Below, one piece after another: positions 1 to 11,851 of a DNA stretch of 63,927 bases. Position 1 is the stretch's first letter. Each line of letters starts with the position of its first letter. A program made the translations under genes and the position numbers. The notes below the pieces were generated by a model. It was not told the DNA's origin and did no database searches. It was given only the letters and a program-made list of their open reading frames with translations. Source of the DNA: Geosiphon pyriformis uo1 (lineage: Eukaryota > Fungi > Glomeromycota); NCBI GenBank assembly GCA_016748015.1, contig JAAOMT010000372.1:434074-498000 (forward strand). Reading direction: 5' to 3'.

Positions 1-7
1 AGCTTCG

Positions 8-1054
8 GTGGCATCCTTGGACAAGGTGTTATTAGGGGTCTCTGGGGCTCCGTTGTCACAATATAACTTTTATTCATATTTACGAGGTTATTGGCAAGCC
101 GAGGCTAATTTAAATTTCTGGTTGGATGTAGCGACTCATGAAAATTTATGGGCAATGTGGTTAGAGAATCAACAACGGAAAAAAGAACAAGAAGCGCAGT
201 ATCAGTATTATTACGAATCGGAGAAAGCGTCACAGCAAACCCGAGATAATAAAGTTGAAGATGATGGCGAAGAATTTGAGGAGCAGAAAGAAGAATCATT
301 CAATCAATTTCAGCGTTCTTATGCTCATGATGATTCTCATTCAAGTAGTGGAAACACTGTAACAGAATTTGACGATTCTCGCAACCCGGTTAGTTCACTC
401 AGTAATAATTCTTCAGGGATTACTGAACAAGAAGCCTCAGTCAGACAACAAACTTATAAAAGACCAATAAGTGAGGAAGACCTTCATAAATCAGCTAAAC
501 AGATTTATCGAAAATATGCGCATTTGAATTTGATCCCTGAAGAGAATCGAATCACAATGCATGATCTGATATTACGCCAAGGGCGCCATAATCCAGTAGT
601 ATTCGCTAGCGCTAAAGCTTACGTATATCACATTATGAACGCTATCTACTTTCCAAAATTTGTGGAAGCATCAATTGACAAGAATTTGACTCGAATACAT
701 TCGATAATTGCCTTGCCTCTGGGAATGATTGCGCTGACCTGTGGAATTGCGTTGGAATTGTATTATATTTTTATGGCATTGGAAAATCGAGTTTTTCGAC
801 TCTGGGGACTTATTCCAGTTTGGATAGGCTGGGTTTTGTTGCAGACTGCGCTGACAAGCTTTTTGCCACCATTGAGTTTTTTTGGAGTTAGCGAACACAA
901 GTTGTTTCGATTCCATAAAATACGCGAGAAATCAATCCTTCATGCACATCGGTCCCGTGCTTTGCGATTCATATTTTATGATACTTTAGTGACCATTTTA
1001 AGCGTTGGATTATTGCTTGCTATTCCACCCATTCGCCTTGACTCGCCGGAGTAA
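8..1054 (+). CDS. Rax1-like RGS-domain protein with three C-terminal TM helices; probably 5'-truncated by the window edge
   Basis: N-terminus 'SLDKVL...APLSQYNFYSYLRGYWQAEANLNFWLDV' matches the Rax1/RGS pattern. 'SAKQIYRKY' and 'NPVVFASAKAYVY...YFPKF' fit the RGS end, followed by three hydrophobic segments. The frame is open back to position 2. Confidence 0.75.
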   Translation: MASLDKVLLGVSGAPLSQYNFYSYLRGYWQAEANLNFWLDVATHENLWAMWLENQQRKKEQEAQYQYYYESEKASQQTRDNKVEDDGEEFEEQKEESFNQFQRSYAHDDSHSSSGNTVTEFDDSRNPVSSLSNNSSGITEQEASVRQQTYKRPISEEDLHKSAKQIYRKYAHLNLIPEENRITMHDLILRQGRHNPVVFASAKAYVYHIMNAIYFPKFVEASIDKNLTRIHSIIALPLGMIALTCGIALELYYIFMALENRVFRLWGLIPVWIGWVLLQTALTSFLPPLSFFGVSEHKLFRFHKIREKSILHAHRSRALRFIFYDTLVTILSVGLLLAIPPIRLDSPE

Positions 1055-2751
1055 TCTTTTTGTATAATAATTCAGGTAACAGTGATATTAGCCTTCTCAC
1101 CTGCCTGAACCTCTTGTTCCAGTGCTTTATAATCGTTGATGGCTGGATTACATCTGGTACCTAGACAACAAACCTTCTGGAGTTTATACATATATATATA
1201 TAATAATAATAAATAAATTTCAATCTATTTAATGAATTAGACAAAAAATGGGCAATGAAACAAAAAAAGTTTGACAGACCTGTTTCTACTCAATTTTAAA
1301 AAAATAAAGCTGTAATTTTAAATGCATATTACTGGGAAGACAATTTTCAGATCTCTAAAATGAAAAATCACTGTTTTGAAAACGCCGAATCACTCTGCCT
1401 GTAATTTCCCTTCAAGTCAACGGATTTAGCTTTATGTCTTTAATTTGAATCAAATTCCAATTCTCTGCGAATTGAGAAAAGATTTAATGAACAGATTTAT
1501 TTTGAAGAATTTTTTAACGCCAAAAATGTGTATTAATTTTGCTGCCGAATTTCATTTTATCATAGTATTTCTAGCAACAGAATTTGTTTAGTCAATTCAA
1601 AAAAAAAAAAAATAGAAATTTCTTTAATTGAGCATTGAAACTATAAGCTATAAGCAACAAGACAATTCAATCGATCTATTTCCTTGAAGAGAAATCTCAA
1701 CAAAGATTTATGTGATAAGCATTTTTTATATGATCTATTGTTTTCTGCTTTCAATAATATTATTAATGAAAAGTGGGGTAACTATTATGACATATATCAC
1801 CATAAATATAATTCGCATGGCTCTTTCGTCTTCAAAATAAATAGCCTGCACAGACGATAACACATGCATCCGTGAATTTTATCTTGGGACTCGTTTAAAA
1901 TAGAGTCGGGGAATTAGATAGATAGACTTTTGTTTATTTGAAGATCTGAGAAAACTGCCGAATGACATAATTTTTAGTCTGTAAAAAAAACTAGGCCACA
2001 AAAAAAAACATCAAACTTGAGCTTTAGTCGGCTAAAAATAGAAATACGAGTAAATGATACATTTTAATTGTTTCTTTTTTTTGGATGAGGTGTTAAATGA
2101 AACAAATTGTCTTACAACAAAAGTTAAATGATTGACTTTTTTAAATTAAAAAGTTTTAATATTTCAACTATTTAAAATCACTATCATTTAACTTTGATTA
2201 ATATTTGTATTCTTTCCAATTTTGATTGAATATTAAAAGGGATACTTATTATTTTCAATTAATAAAATTTACATGCCAATATTAGAATTTTTTAGATCAT
2301 TAATAATTATTATTCTATGAAATATTATAGCCCGCATTCACAGACTAAAAACTTTATCTACCCTAATTTAAAGATTGTCAATTGTTAAAAATTTAAGCTG
2401 CGAAATAAAATAGAGCATTGCTAAATGAAAATCATTCTCCCCATTATATCATTGAACCTGTGCGTTTCACAATTATCCAAAATTCGGATCAAAATTCGGA
2501 TCTTGATTATACCATGTAGGTCGACAGTCAATGATGTAACATATTCTCTGCGTTAAGTTAATTCAGCGTCACATCCCTTGTTGAATCAGTGATTCAAACT
2601 TGACTATTTAACAAGAGGCTAGGTTTCCCACTGCCCCCTTCTTTTTGCTACTTTCGTTACTTCCACCCCCAAGTCGAATAACGAGTCTTGCTAGTCAAAA
2701 ACAAACCCTTAAAACAAGTATAATCCATATCGCTTCAAACATAACATTAAA

Positions 2752-3644
2752 ATGACTGAAGGACCACAGAAAGTTTCGCTAAAGAGTCGTGACGAAAAGG
2801 AGTTCACTGTCGATATCGCTGTCGCTAGTAAATCCATCTTACTCAAGAATATGATTGAAGGTATTTTCACAATTTTTTTCGCTTTTAATTGTCATTACAA
2901 ACAGTATCAGATAGTGGGAAAACTGTGTTGAAGTATTCTTGTACCCTTTCCAATAAAAATAACCCATCGAATTTTTTTGCTTTCCTTTAAAGACGTCGGT
3001 GAATCTGATCAATTTATCCCTCTTCCAAATGTTGATGAAAAGGTTCTTAAAAAGGCATGTTATCTGAGATTTTTATCTTGTTTTAAATATTTTCCACACA
3101 GAATATTTTTCATTAATGTACAATACCGGCATCATGATTACTTAGGTACTTGAATGGTGTGAACATCATGTTCATGATCCTACACCGATTAACGATGATG
3201 ATGACCGTCGAAGAAGAAACACAGAAATAGATGACTGGGATCAAAAGTTCTTGAATGTCGACCAAGAGCTTTTGTTCGAAATTATTTTGGTTAGGGAAAA
3301 AGTTTTTACTATGTTCTTTAATTATTATTATTATATAGATATTTTCACAGATAATAATATAATCTCACCTCTCCAAAAAAAAATTATCTTTAGGCTGCAA
3401 ACTATTTGGATATCAAACCATTGCTGTTCGTATAATACTTTTGAAATGTTCAGAAATAAGTTTCCCTCAATTATTAAGTAAAATTATGAATTTTTTTAGG
3501 GATGTGTCATGCAAAACTGTGGCCAACATGATCAAAGGAAAATCACCTGAAGAAATTCGAAAAATGTTCAATATTGTCAACGATTTCACTCCCGAAGAGG
3601 AAGCTCAGATACGTAAAGAGAATGAGTGGGCCGAGGACCGATAA
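2752..3644 (+). CDS. SKP1: SCF ubiquitin ligase adaptor Skp1. Exons 2752-2860, 2993-3054, 3146-3289, 3394-3425, 3500-3644
   Basis: Spliced translation: [65 protein letters not shown]...[78 protein letters not shown]. Three GT-AG introns and one GC-AG intron. Confidence 0.97.
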
Positions 3645-3950
3645 TTTTTATCCCACAAATTTAATATTTTGAAATCTCGAAAATCCTGTATGGAATTTAT
3701 TGTTCGTTAATTTGTTTATTGCTTTAGCTCCAATTCGTCAACTTTCTTTCCACCATTAGCATAGGTTTCATCTTCTTGTCAGTCCTTCAATCCCTTAAGG
3801 CTAAGATTTAGAGGTATTTTTGTGTGAACTTTCAACCTTTTTTATTTTCTTTGGTCAAATATTTCACTCTGTGCTTTATTTTCATCACGAAAAGCCAAAC
3901 AATACAAATTGGATTGAGTAATATTCCAAGGAATTACCGCACAGACTTTA

Positions 3951-3994
3951 AGGATCGGTTACAACTGTGCTAACTGTTCATGCACGATAAGTTA

Positions 3995-4043
<49 letters not shown>

Positions 4044-4512
4044 GAATGATTGCCTTGGGTGAAATGCGATGCTAAAGATTTAACGAATAACGATCAAACG
4101 TGCTGGTGTCAAACCGACCCTACCTTTCAAGGTGTATCTTTATTAAAATCACAAGTAGCCTTTGAAAGCGATCTTGGATCAAAAAATCTCAAGTTATCAG
4201 GCAATTTTAAATTCCTTAATGTTTTATATTAGTTTCGGAAGAAAATAAAGCATTTGGGAATTACTTGGACAAGTCTAAATATTTGCATTCACTTTGGGGT
4301 CACAATTTAATTGGAAAATGTATCGCCTTTTGAAGTGAAGAATTGTTTTTTGATTATAAAATTCTGCCGTTTAAAGTAGAATTTATTTTACATTATTTTG
4401 ATGGTATTTAATAAAAAAAGTTTTGAATTTTTGCGATAAAAAAACTTTACATTTTTTCAGAGGAATAAAATGAAATTTCTTAAACGTCACAGTCGTCATT
4501 TTAACCGATCCT
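3951..4512. mobile_element. Putative non-autonomous PIF/Harbinger-type MITE (562 bp)
   Basis: Terminal inverted repeat AGGATCGGTTA (3951-3961) / TAACCGATCCT (4502-4512), with a further ACTGTG/CACAGT match just inside. TTA flanks both ends (3948-3950, 4513-4515), the 3-bp target duplication typical of PIF/Harbinger. Confidence 0.6.
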
Positions 4513-4589
4513 TTAAATCAGCTGACAAATAATATAACGTCGTTCAAGAACCATCTAGAATGATTTTTGCAGAACAAATTTTAGCTTGG

Positions 4590-4690
4590 ACCTGTTCCCT
4601 TTGAATGAGCCTAGAACACACAATTCGGGATGGATTATAACACATTAATAATAGGCAATACTAAGCATTGCTATGCAACACCTATTATTC
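4590..4690 (-). ncRNA. Candidate omega-RNA (Fanzor guide scaffold) remnant
   Basis: Overlaps and follows the Fanzor relic's stop codon. Perfect 9-bp stem AATAATAGG (4647-4655) / CCTATTATT (4681-4689) encloses GCAATGC-TTA-GTATTGC. A second weaker stem is TGTTC (4593-4597) / GAACA (4614-4618). The position matches TnpB/Fanzor omega-RNAs. Confidence 0.4.
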
Positions 4691-5770
4691 CCTGCAGGAC
4701 CAAGGCTCCATTAAGCAATGCCCGGAGAAAGATCCCCGAGCACCATTTTCATCTCTATCCATAACAAGCTTCCAATTACGGCAGTTGTACAAGTTTTTGA
4801 GATATAGGTCTCATTTTTGATAGTAACTCGGACTCCCCAATTCTTCTGCTTTACTGAAGAAATCGATAGTGCGCCCTTCTAACTGTTTTTTGTGTGATTT
4901 TTTCAATTCATTGTCTCCGATACCTCAAAGGAAGGAATGACAATAGCATCAAATTCGTGGTGGGACAGCTTTTCAGTCTGCAAGTGTAAGATCTTTTGAT
5001 GCGTGCACCCAATCACCTTTTTTAATCTTTTCTTACGTTTTGAGGAGGTATTTAATTTATTTTTCTTTGAGCAAAGATCATCAGAGATGAACAATACGAC
5101 CGATGTCACTAGAGCCTATTTTTTCTACATCTTTTGCCCGGAATACCATGTAAATGGATTACGAATGTCAGGAACTATGGAACAAAGCTATCCGCTTTGG
5201 TTTCGCGGAGCTGTTTTTGCATCTTGTATATTCAGACAAACTTCTGTTCATTAGTTTTTGTGATAGCAAGTGAGCTTTTTTTTTTTCAAAGTGAAGAGAT
5301 CATGGTATATGTTTATTCTTAATAATAAAGGAAAAGAAAATGGGATAAAAACGACATAAATAATGATATAAAACAATTTTAAAAACAAAAAAATGTAAAA
5401 AATTTATTATCTTTACCCTTGTGTCGGTGTGCATATGTATGCAGTATATTGATGGAGTTTGAAGGTAAGATACATAGAAATGAACTTTGCAAAATTCTGA
5501 GGACGAATTTTTATGGTGTTATGCAGTGCCTTACGGAGATTGAAGAAAAAAAGATGATGTGTTGATGCACCTTTTGTTATCGCTGTACATTACGTTTAAT
5601 AACTTCCTTTGGGGCAAACCAATCTATCCTGTGATTTTGGCAGGAGCTGATGGCTAAGTTACCTCTTAAGAGCATTGCCAAGACGGACGATGGCTTTGAA
5701 ATTATTTTTTTTCACCTGAGCATGCTTTGATGTTAATTCGTGGTTCTTCGCGATTCAAATATTTTTATTT
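4671..5770 (-). pseudogene. Decayed Fanzor (TnpB-like RNA-guided nuclease), copy A
   Basis: Minus-strand fragments in order across frameshifts: PKEVIKRN; NLRKALHNTIKIRPQNF; LCSIVPDIRNPFTWYS (degenerate RuvC-I); KIGSSDIGRIVHL; KRKKRLKKVI..HQKILHLQTE; HEFDAIVIPSFEVSETMN; AHYRF; KAEELG; VRVTIKNETYISKTC; CRNWKLVMDRDENGARG / IFLRALLNGAL (RuvC-III). Confidence 0.88.
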
Positions 5771-7167
5771 AAAGTGGCTCAATGGACAAAAATATAAAAT
5801 GATGATACATTTCGTAATTAACGATTGTAAGACAATTATTGATTATAAAAAAATGAAGTTTCGTTCAAGGTGGTCACGGTTTCATTGCACTTTTCAGGAT
5901 TTTCTTAATACAAATGATTCAAGAAAAGAGTTTTTTCTTTAATTATAAATACTGAACCCGGAAGAAAGTCCTCGAGAGCGGATTAACGATCTTTTTATAT
6001 ATATATATAAATTATTATGACCATATTTCTATAAAAGAATGCGTCTCGTTTCTACTCAAAAAGGTTCAAGAGCAAGGTGGTAACATAATAGAAGCATAAA
6101 AAAATGGTAATCATATCTGCAGAAATCGAAAAACGATTCAATATGAATATGGATGGTAAGCAAGACTTCAGTGGACTCGTACTTTTTTGGTACTTTCAAA
6201 ACTCAAACTAAATATGAAGAGATGGCACGATGACAAGACGCTTTGGAATTATTAGAAATATTGATTCATCCTCTTCAAGCATTAATTAATAATAGTAATT
6301 TTCATAATGAAATTCTGAATTTTTGCAAAGGGGTAAAAGCTAATTGAAAAGTTGTATATTCTCTGGAATTTTGTAAGGAATATTCGAAGTCTCAAGAGAC
6401 ATTGAATAGAGCTGACTCGTCAGGTTTCTATCGAAATAATTAAATTAAATTAAATTAAATTAAATTAGATTAGATTAGATTAGATTAAGTTTTAATAGAT
6501 ATTATATTACAAAGATAATTTCAGTGTTTTAGATATATCAGAATCATTGAATTATATAAACTATGAGAAATAAAAATTAAACGTATTGAAATTATACAGG
6601 TTCTTTGAAAAGCTGTTCGAAACTTTTTAATCCCATCTTACATGAGTCCTGAAAATCACAAAAAAGATGAATGTATAGATAAGACAACGAAAAGATTCTT
6701 TTTATTAAGAAATTGGACAGAATAAAAACATTTTCAAGTTCTTTTCATGAAATTTTTTTTTTTAAATAATGGGAGTTGAAACAAATTGTCTGAAGACAAT
6801 ATTAAATTTTAAAAAGTTCGTATTCCTTTATAAAATGGCTTATATAAATCATAATTTATTATTACCTCTTTTTTTTTTTTGTGTGATGTTACAATTGTAT
6901 GTGTGTGTGTGTGAGTGTGTGTATAATTGAAAAAAAAAGTGCAGCAAAATTTTAAATTGAGCTATTATGTAAAATAAATTATATAATGTAATGTAAAATT
7001 TAATTGGAAACAAGAATTTTCTCAAATCTTGATAAGAAATGGTTATGAAAATATTTTTTTTATCATAAAATATTAATTAAAAAAAAACTTTTTATAAATT
7101 GGAATTAAAAAATAAAATAAAAAAAACAGTTATGATATTTTGGAATTGTATTAAAAAATAATTTTCA

Positions 7168-7168
7168 A

Positions 7169-7237
<69 letters not shown>

Positions 7238-7239
7238 TA

Positions 7240-7271
<32 letters not shown>

Positions 7272-7308
7272 TATTATTATTATTATTATTATTTATTATT
7301 ATTATTAT
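7168..7308. repeat. (ATT)n microsatellite
   Basis: Directly visible trinucleotide tract with a few interruptions. Confidence 0.95.
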
Positions 7309-8578
7309 TTGTAAACACAACACAATATATAATAAATTAATTTTTTTTTAAATTTCGTATTACTTTACATACAACTGTTTACAAAAACTTTGATTATAAA
7401 ATGTTAAGCCAAAAAATAATATTTTGCTTAATATTTTGGAATTAATTTGAACTTGTTTCTTCATTGAAAATTTGAATAATTTGGATTTTATCGCGATTGT
7501 TATCTCAATAGTAGAGTTCAATACGAAAATTATATTATTTTGTGTGGCAAAACTGCTAGGTTACAATCACGGAAACTCACATCAATTCTTCAAATAGAAT
7601 GTAAAAGTTCATTGAAAGTTTTAAACCTAAATTTCACACTCCATGTTTCTATAATGTACTCCTGCGTTGTCTCATTAAAAAAGGATGATTCTGGTAAATT
7701 TCTTGATATGACCGTTGTTATCCTTATTACCAAAAGACGAAGTTACTACTACATATTATAAGCTTTTGTATACGGCTTACAATTAAACAATTAAGATCAA
7801 GCATTGTTGATCCTGGTGAATATTAATAAGCCTTTTTCGCTGCTAATGAAATTCTTCTCTTTCGATGAAACAGATGATTGAATCTTGATACGTTTACAAA
7901 AAATGGTTGGGTGCATATAAATTTATTTTTGTCTATATTCGAGGAGAGAAAAATTTCTTTAGGGAAAGAAATTTAGAATGTATTCTTCAAAAATCCGATA
8001 AAAGTTAATCAAAATCAAAATCTATTTAAAAAATGTTGATGAAATTTACTAATTAGTAATTAGATGGAGATTTTTCTATCAATTTTGTATTCTATTAAGA
8101 TATGTTACCGTGATTTTTACACCTATTTTTTAACTAATTAACCCGTACTGTGACTTGAAGGCGAATATATCTGTACAATTTGATGCTGGTAAATGAATTA
8201 TTTGCTTGTTTTTAATCATTAGCCGGGTTTAATGCTCTAAGGGAAAAGGTTAAATGTAAAATGAAATATTTTTAGATTGTCCCTGAAACCAGGATATTAT
8301 AATATGATATTTTTTGTTTTTTTCGATTCTACCATATTCATATCGTATATCAAGAGGTAGCGATTTTGAATAGATTCTATATTTAGCTAAATTTTTTTCC
8401 AGAATAAGAATTTAATAATTTCCAAGAATAAGGATCAATTTTTCAGTAATTGCTTGATCACCGACCTATAGCATTGAAAATATTTTTTAATAAATGCATG
8501 AAATTGTTAATTTTAATAAAGTATATTGTTCAGAAATTAAAAAATATTGTTATTCAAGATAAGATGAATTAAAAATCT

Positions 8579-8615
<37 letters not shown>

Positions 8616-9346
8616 GGCTACACAGAAAAATTTCTAAAATGGGATAGTTTACCACATGGTTTTTCGCGAAATTATTGGTTTTTGGTAAATAATGATTTTA
8701 CTTCCTTGACAATCTGTTTATGGCGATCGGGGAGTTGCGAAACGGAAATTTTTTGGCGTTATGATTAAGTTTTGATGCCGATTTAGGTTTAGTGCAGAGA
8801 TGTTTCCCCGAAAATGAGAATGCAGGGATGGCATGAAAACCTGCATCATATTTTTCAGAAATCAGGATTTAATTTAGGATGCCTGGTACATGTACTAAAT
8901 TTCATTTCCTATTAAAACATTTTTTAAGGCTTCGCTAAAATTGTCTCCTAAAACGGTTAATGAAAATACTAAACTTTGTCCTGATAAGATTATAAGGTTT
9001 TTTTGGGATCAAATTTATTCAAAGATAGATAGATAGATAGATGGATGGATGAATGGATGGGATGATGAGATGGGATGGGATGAGATGGGATGGGATGGGA
9101 TGAATGAATGGAAGCTTATTTGTCATTCTGGCATTGTCCCATGAATTTCTTTCGCCCCTATTGTAAAGATTTCTATTAATCGAACGTTTTAGCAATAGAG
9201 TTTCTCCTGCTAAAAGACTTTCGAGAGATACTTTACTTGAAAAAGAAAAAGAAAAACTTTTTAAACAGTTCACTTTGTAAATTTTATTTGTGATTATCAC
9301 GTTTTCGTGAAGTTTTATTAATTTAAATGATCAGTTTGAAAAGATT

Positions 9347-9387
<41 letters not shown>

Positions 9388-10490
9388 AATGAATTGGGCA
9401 TCCCACCCATGATGGGGGCATTTTGCTGTATCCCTGCCATATGATGTCACTTATATATCAGGCTGGTTCAGAGTTTTTTGCCATATTTGGCTTTTCATCT
9501 AATTCTTTGCACCTTTTTTGGTTATGAAAGATAAACCTTTTAGCTCAATCGTACTTATTAATTTATTGACTAAATAAATATTCTTTTAGTTCACTCATGC
9601 GCCAATCATTTTTTATTTTTTTGCTTTTTGCTTTTGCAACTCCTAAATTTTTGTTTTTATAGGCTTGCATCGATATGCACTTTTAGTGCAGTGCATTTTC
9701 TTTAATTGTAGAATCAAAATTTGTTCGGCTTTGTCAGATCTACATTCCTGTTTTGTGATAGTGCTCAACGATTTATGAGTTTGATATCAAAAATTTATTC
9801 CTAGGTTGGGGGAGGAGGAATATGCATGGTTTAAAATTTAACTCGAATGTGAAAATTTAGTGTATGACAATTGTAAAAAAGAGAAAAAAAAAAAAAGAAA
9901 AAAAGGAACGATACATGATATACAAGGAAACTCAAACCTGTTCCTTCTTTTCAAATTACCTAAATTAATTGTGTTCAATAGAATGTTCATCAAGTAGGAC
10001 TAAATTGGACACAAGGGAAATTATCCAATATTATATGGCGTTTTTTTTTTCAATAATTTCATTAGAAGATAAAAGGCATTTTTTCAATAGAATGAACATG
10101 CTTACCTTTTTTTTTAAATAAATAATTCAACCTGATTCAACCTAAATGAGGTTAAGGCTTAAATACACATGATACACATCATACACATCATACTCCAAAG
10201 AGGAATTTTCAAGATGCTAAGCCCAAATAAATTTTCGTTGTGCTTCTGTTACCTTTTTCTTTTTGCGGTTTCTATGTGTGTGTTTCAAAAAAGAATAAAA
10301 ATTTCTTTATAAAAAGGAAGCTCTCATTACCCTTCCCATTTTCTTAACCAATTCCACATTCTTCTAGAGATTGTAAAAGGAAATTACTTTATATAAAAAA
10401 GAAAGATTTAGTGTCGAAATATCATCATATCATATCATAAAATATAATATCATATCATATCATTTCATATAATATATACATTTACACAAA

Positions 10491-11214
10491 ATGACTTCAG
10501 GATTCACCTCTCTTCTCCTAATTTCTTTGATCGCTGGCCTCGTTGTTGCTGTACCAGTTCCTGTAACTGACTATAGCAACTGTAAAACTGAGGTTGGCAA
10601 TGTTGGTTGTGGTAATACTGGAAAGGTAAAATTGGGAATAATTTTTTTTTTTTCAATCAGTTCTTTTTTATGGATTCCATTTTTAAAATATTTTTTCATT
10701 ACAAAAATTAACTTTTTTTCATTAATATATCCTCTTTTTAAATCTATAGTGGAATGTAGGAAATTATGACGGAGGAAACAATAATGTTGGAAGTTACAAT
10801 GGTTACGGAAACTCTGGTACAAATAACGGTAATCAAAATATCGGAAGTTGGAACGGATCTTACAATGGTATCGGTAGTACAGACAAAGCCAGTGGATCTA
10901 ACAATGGCAATAAAAATATTGGAAGTAATAACGGTTCATTCAATGGTAATTATGATTATGGTATCCACAACGGTAGCGGCAATGGAAACAACAATTACTC
11001 TAGTGGAAATGGTAAATAATCTTTTTTTTTTAAATTTATACGTTCTTGATATTTCTCTGGATTAAAACCTTATTTTTTTCCTTTCTCCCTTCTCCCTTCT
11101 CCCATGACAGGATCAAACAACGGAAGCAATAATGGTCCATATGGAAGTTTTAACGGTAACGATAACGGAAACAATAACGGCCTTCCTACATGGGCTAGAT
11201 ATTCTTGGCATTAA
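10491..11214 (+). CDS. Secreted Gly/Asn-rich repeat protein. Exons 10491-10625, 10750-11011, 11111-11214
   Basis: Signal peptide MTSGFTSLLLISLIAGLVVA. Two GT-AG introns join a frame reading GNVGCGNTGKWNVGNYDGGNNNVGSYNGYGNSGTNNGNQNIGSWNGSYNG...NNGSFNGN...GNDNGNNNGLPTWARYSWH*. The ORF track reads exon 2 in the wrong frame. Confidence 0.85.
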
Positions 11215-11851
11215 GTGAACGGGGGGAGAGTAGATTAGTACATCTCCTGTTATAAATCTTGATGATCCCCTAATATAGAGAATTCCTCTACTTGATTAGT
11301 GTAATTTGGAATATTATCTTGTAATATTTTTTTAGATGATTTTCTGTTAATAAGTAAAAAATTAATATGACTCTTGATTCTGCTATCGTCACACACATTG
11401 ACTTTGCTTAATTTTTGTAACAGTATTCTATTAAATGGTTTAAATAAATTTTTCTTTGAATTTCAAAGAAAGTTCTTTTTAAAACTTTTTAAAAAATTTA
11501 AAATAAATAAACGCATATAAATAAATAAATGTTTATATTTATTTAAATAATTTAGTTCAATTATTTTTAATTTTTAATTTTTATGGATGTGCGTGTGTGT
11601 GTTGTAAACATGATATTTCATGATATTATATTCATAAATGATAATTGAGATTTTTCATGTTAAATCGTTTTTATAATTTAAATGTAAAAACGTATATATA
11701 TATATATATACTTGATAAATATACTTTATAAATATGTATATTATTTATTTACAAAAATTAAAAATTAAAAATACCAACAATTGTTCAATATCAAATAATA
11801 AATTTATTAATATTTTTTCTTTTACTTTACATTAGATTAGATTAGATTAAA

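Noticed and set aside
1971-2351. 12-bp inverted match TTTTTAGTCTGT / ACAGACTAAAAA
   Set aside because: Low complexity and no target-site duplication seen.
5320-5416. Apparent intron (GTAAAG...AAG, minus strand) inside Fanzor copy A
   Set aside because: Alignment to copy B shows GGTAAAGAT is coding (GKD vs GND), and splicing would not restore the frame. It is better read as an AT-rich insertion flanked by ATAA.
6030-7920. Coding-like patches at ~6030-6430 and ~7500-7920
   Set aside because: Interrupted by stops and no family motif I can defend. No TnpA-like motif was found for the adjacent Fanzor.
10766-11065. Thr/Met/Val-rich 99-aa ORF
   Set aside because: It is an alternative frame of exon 2 of the Gly/Asn protein.
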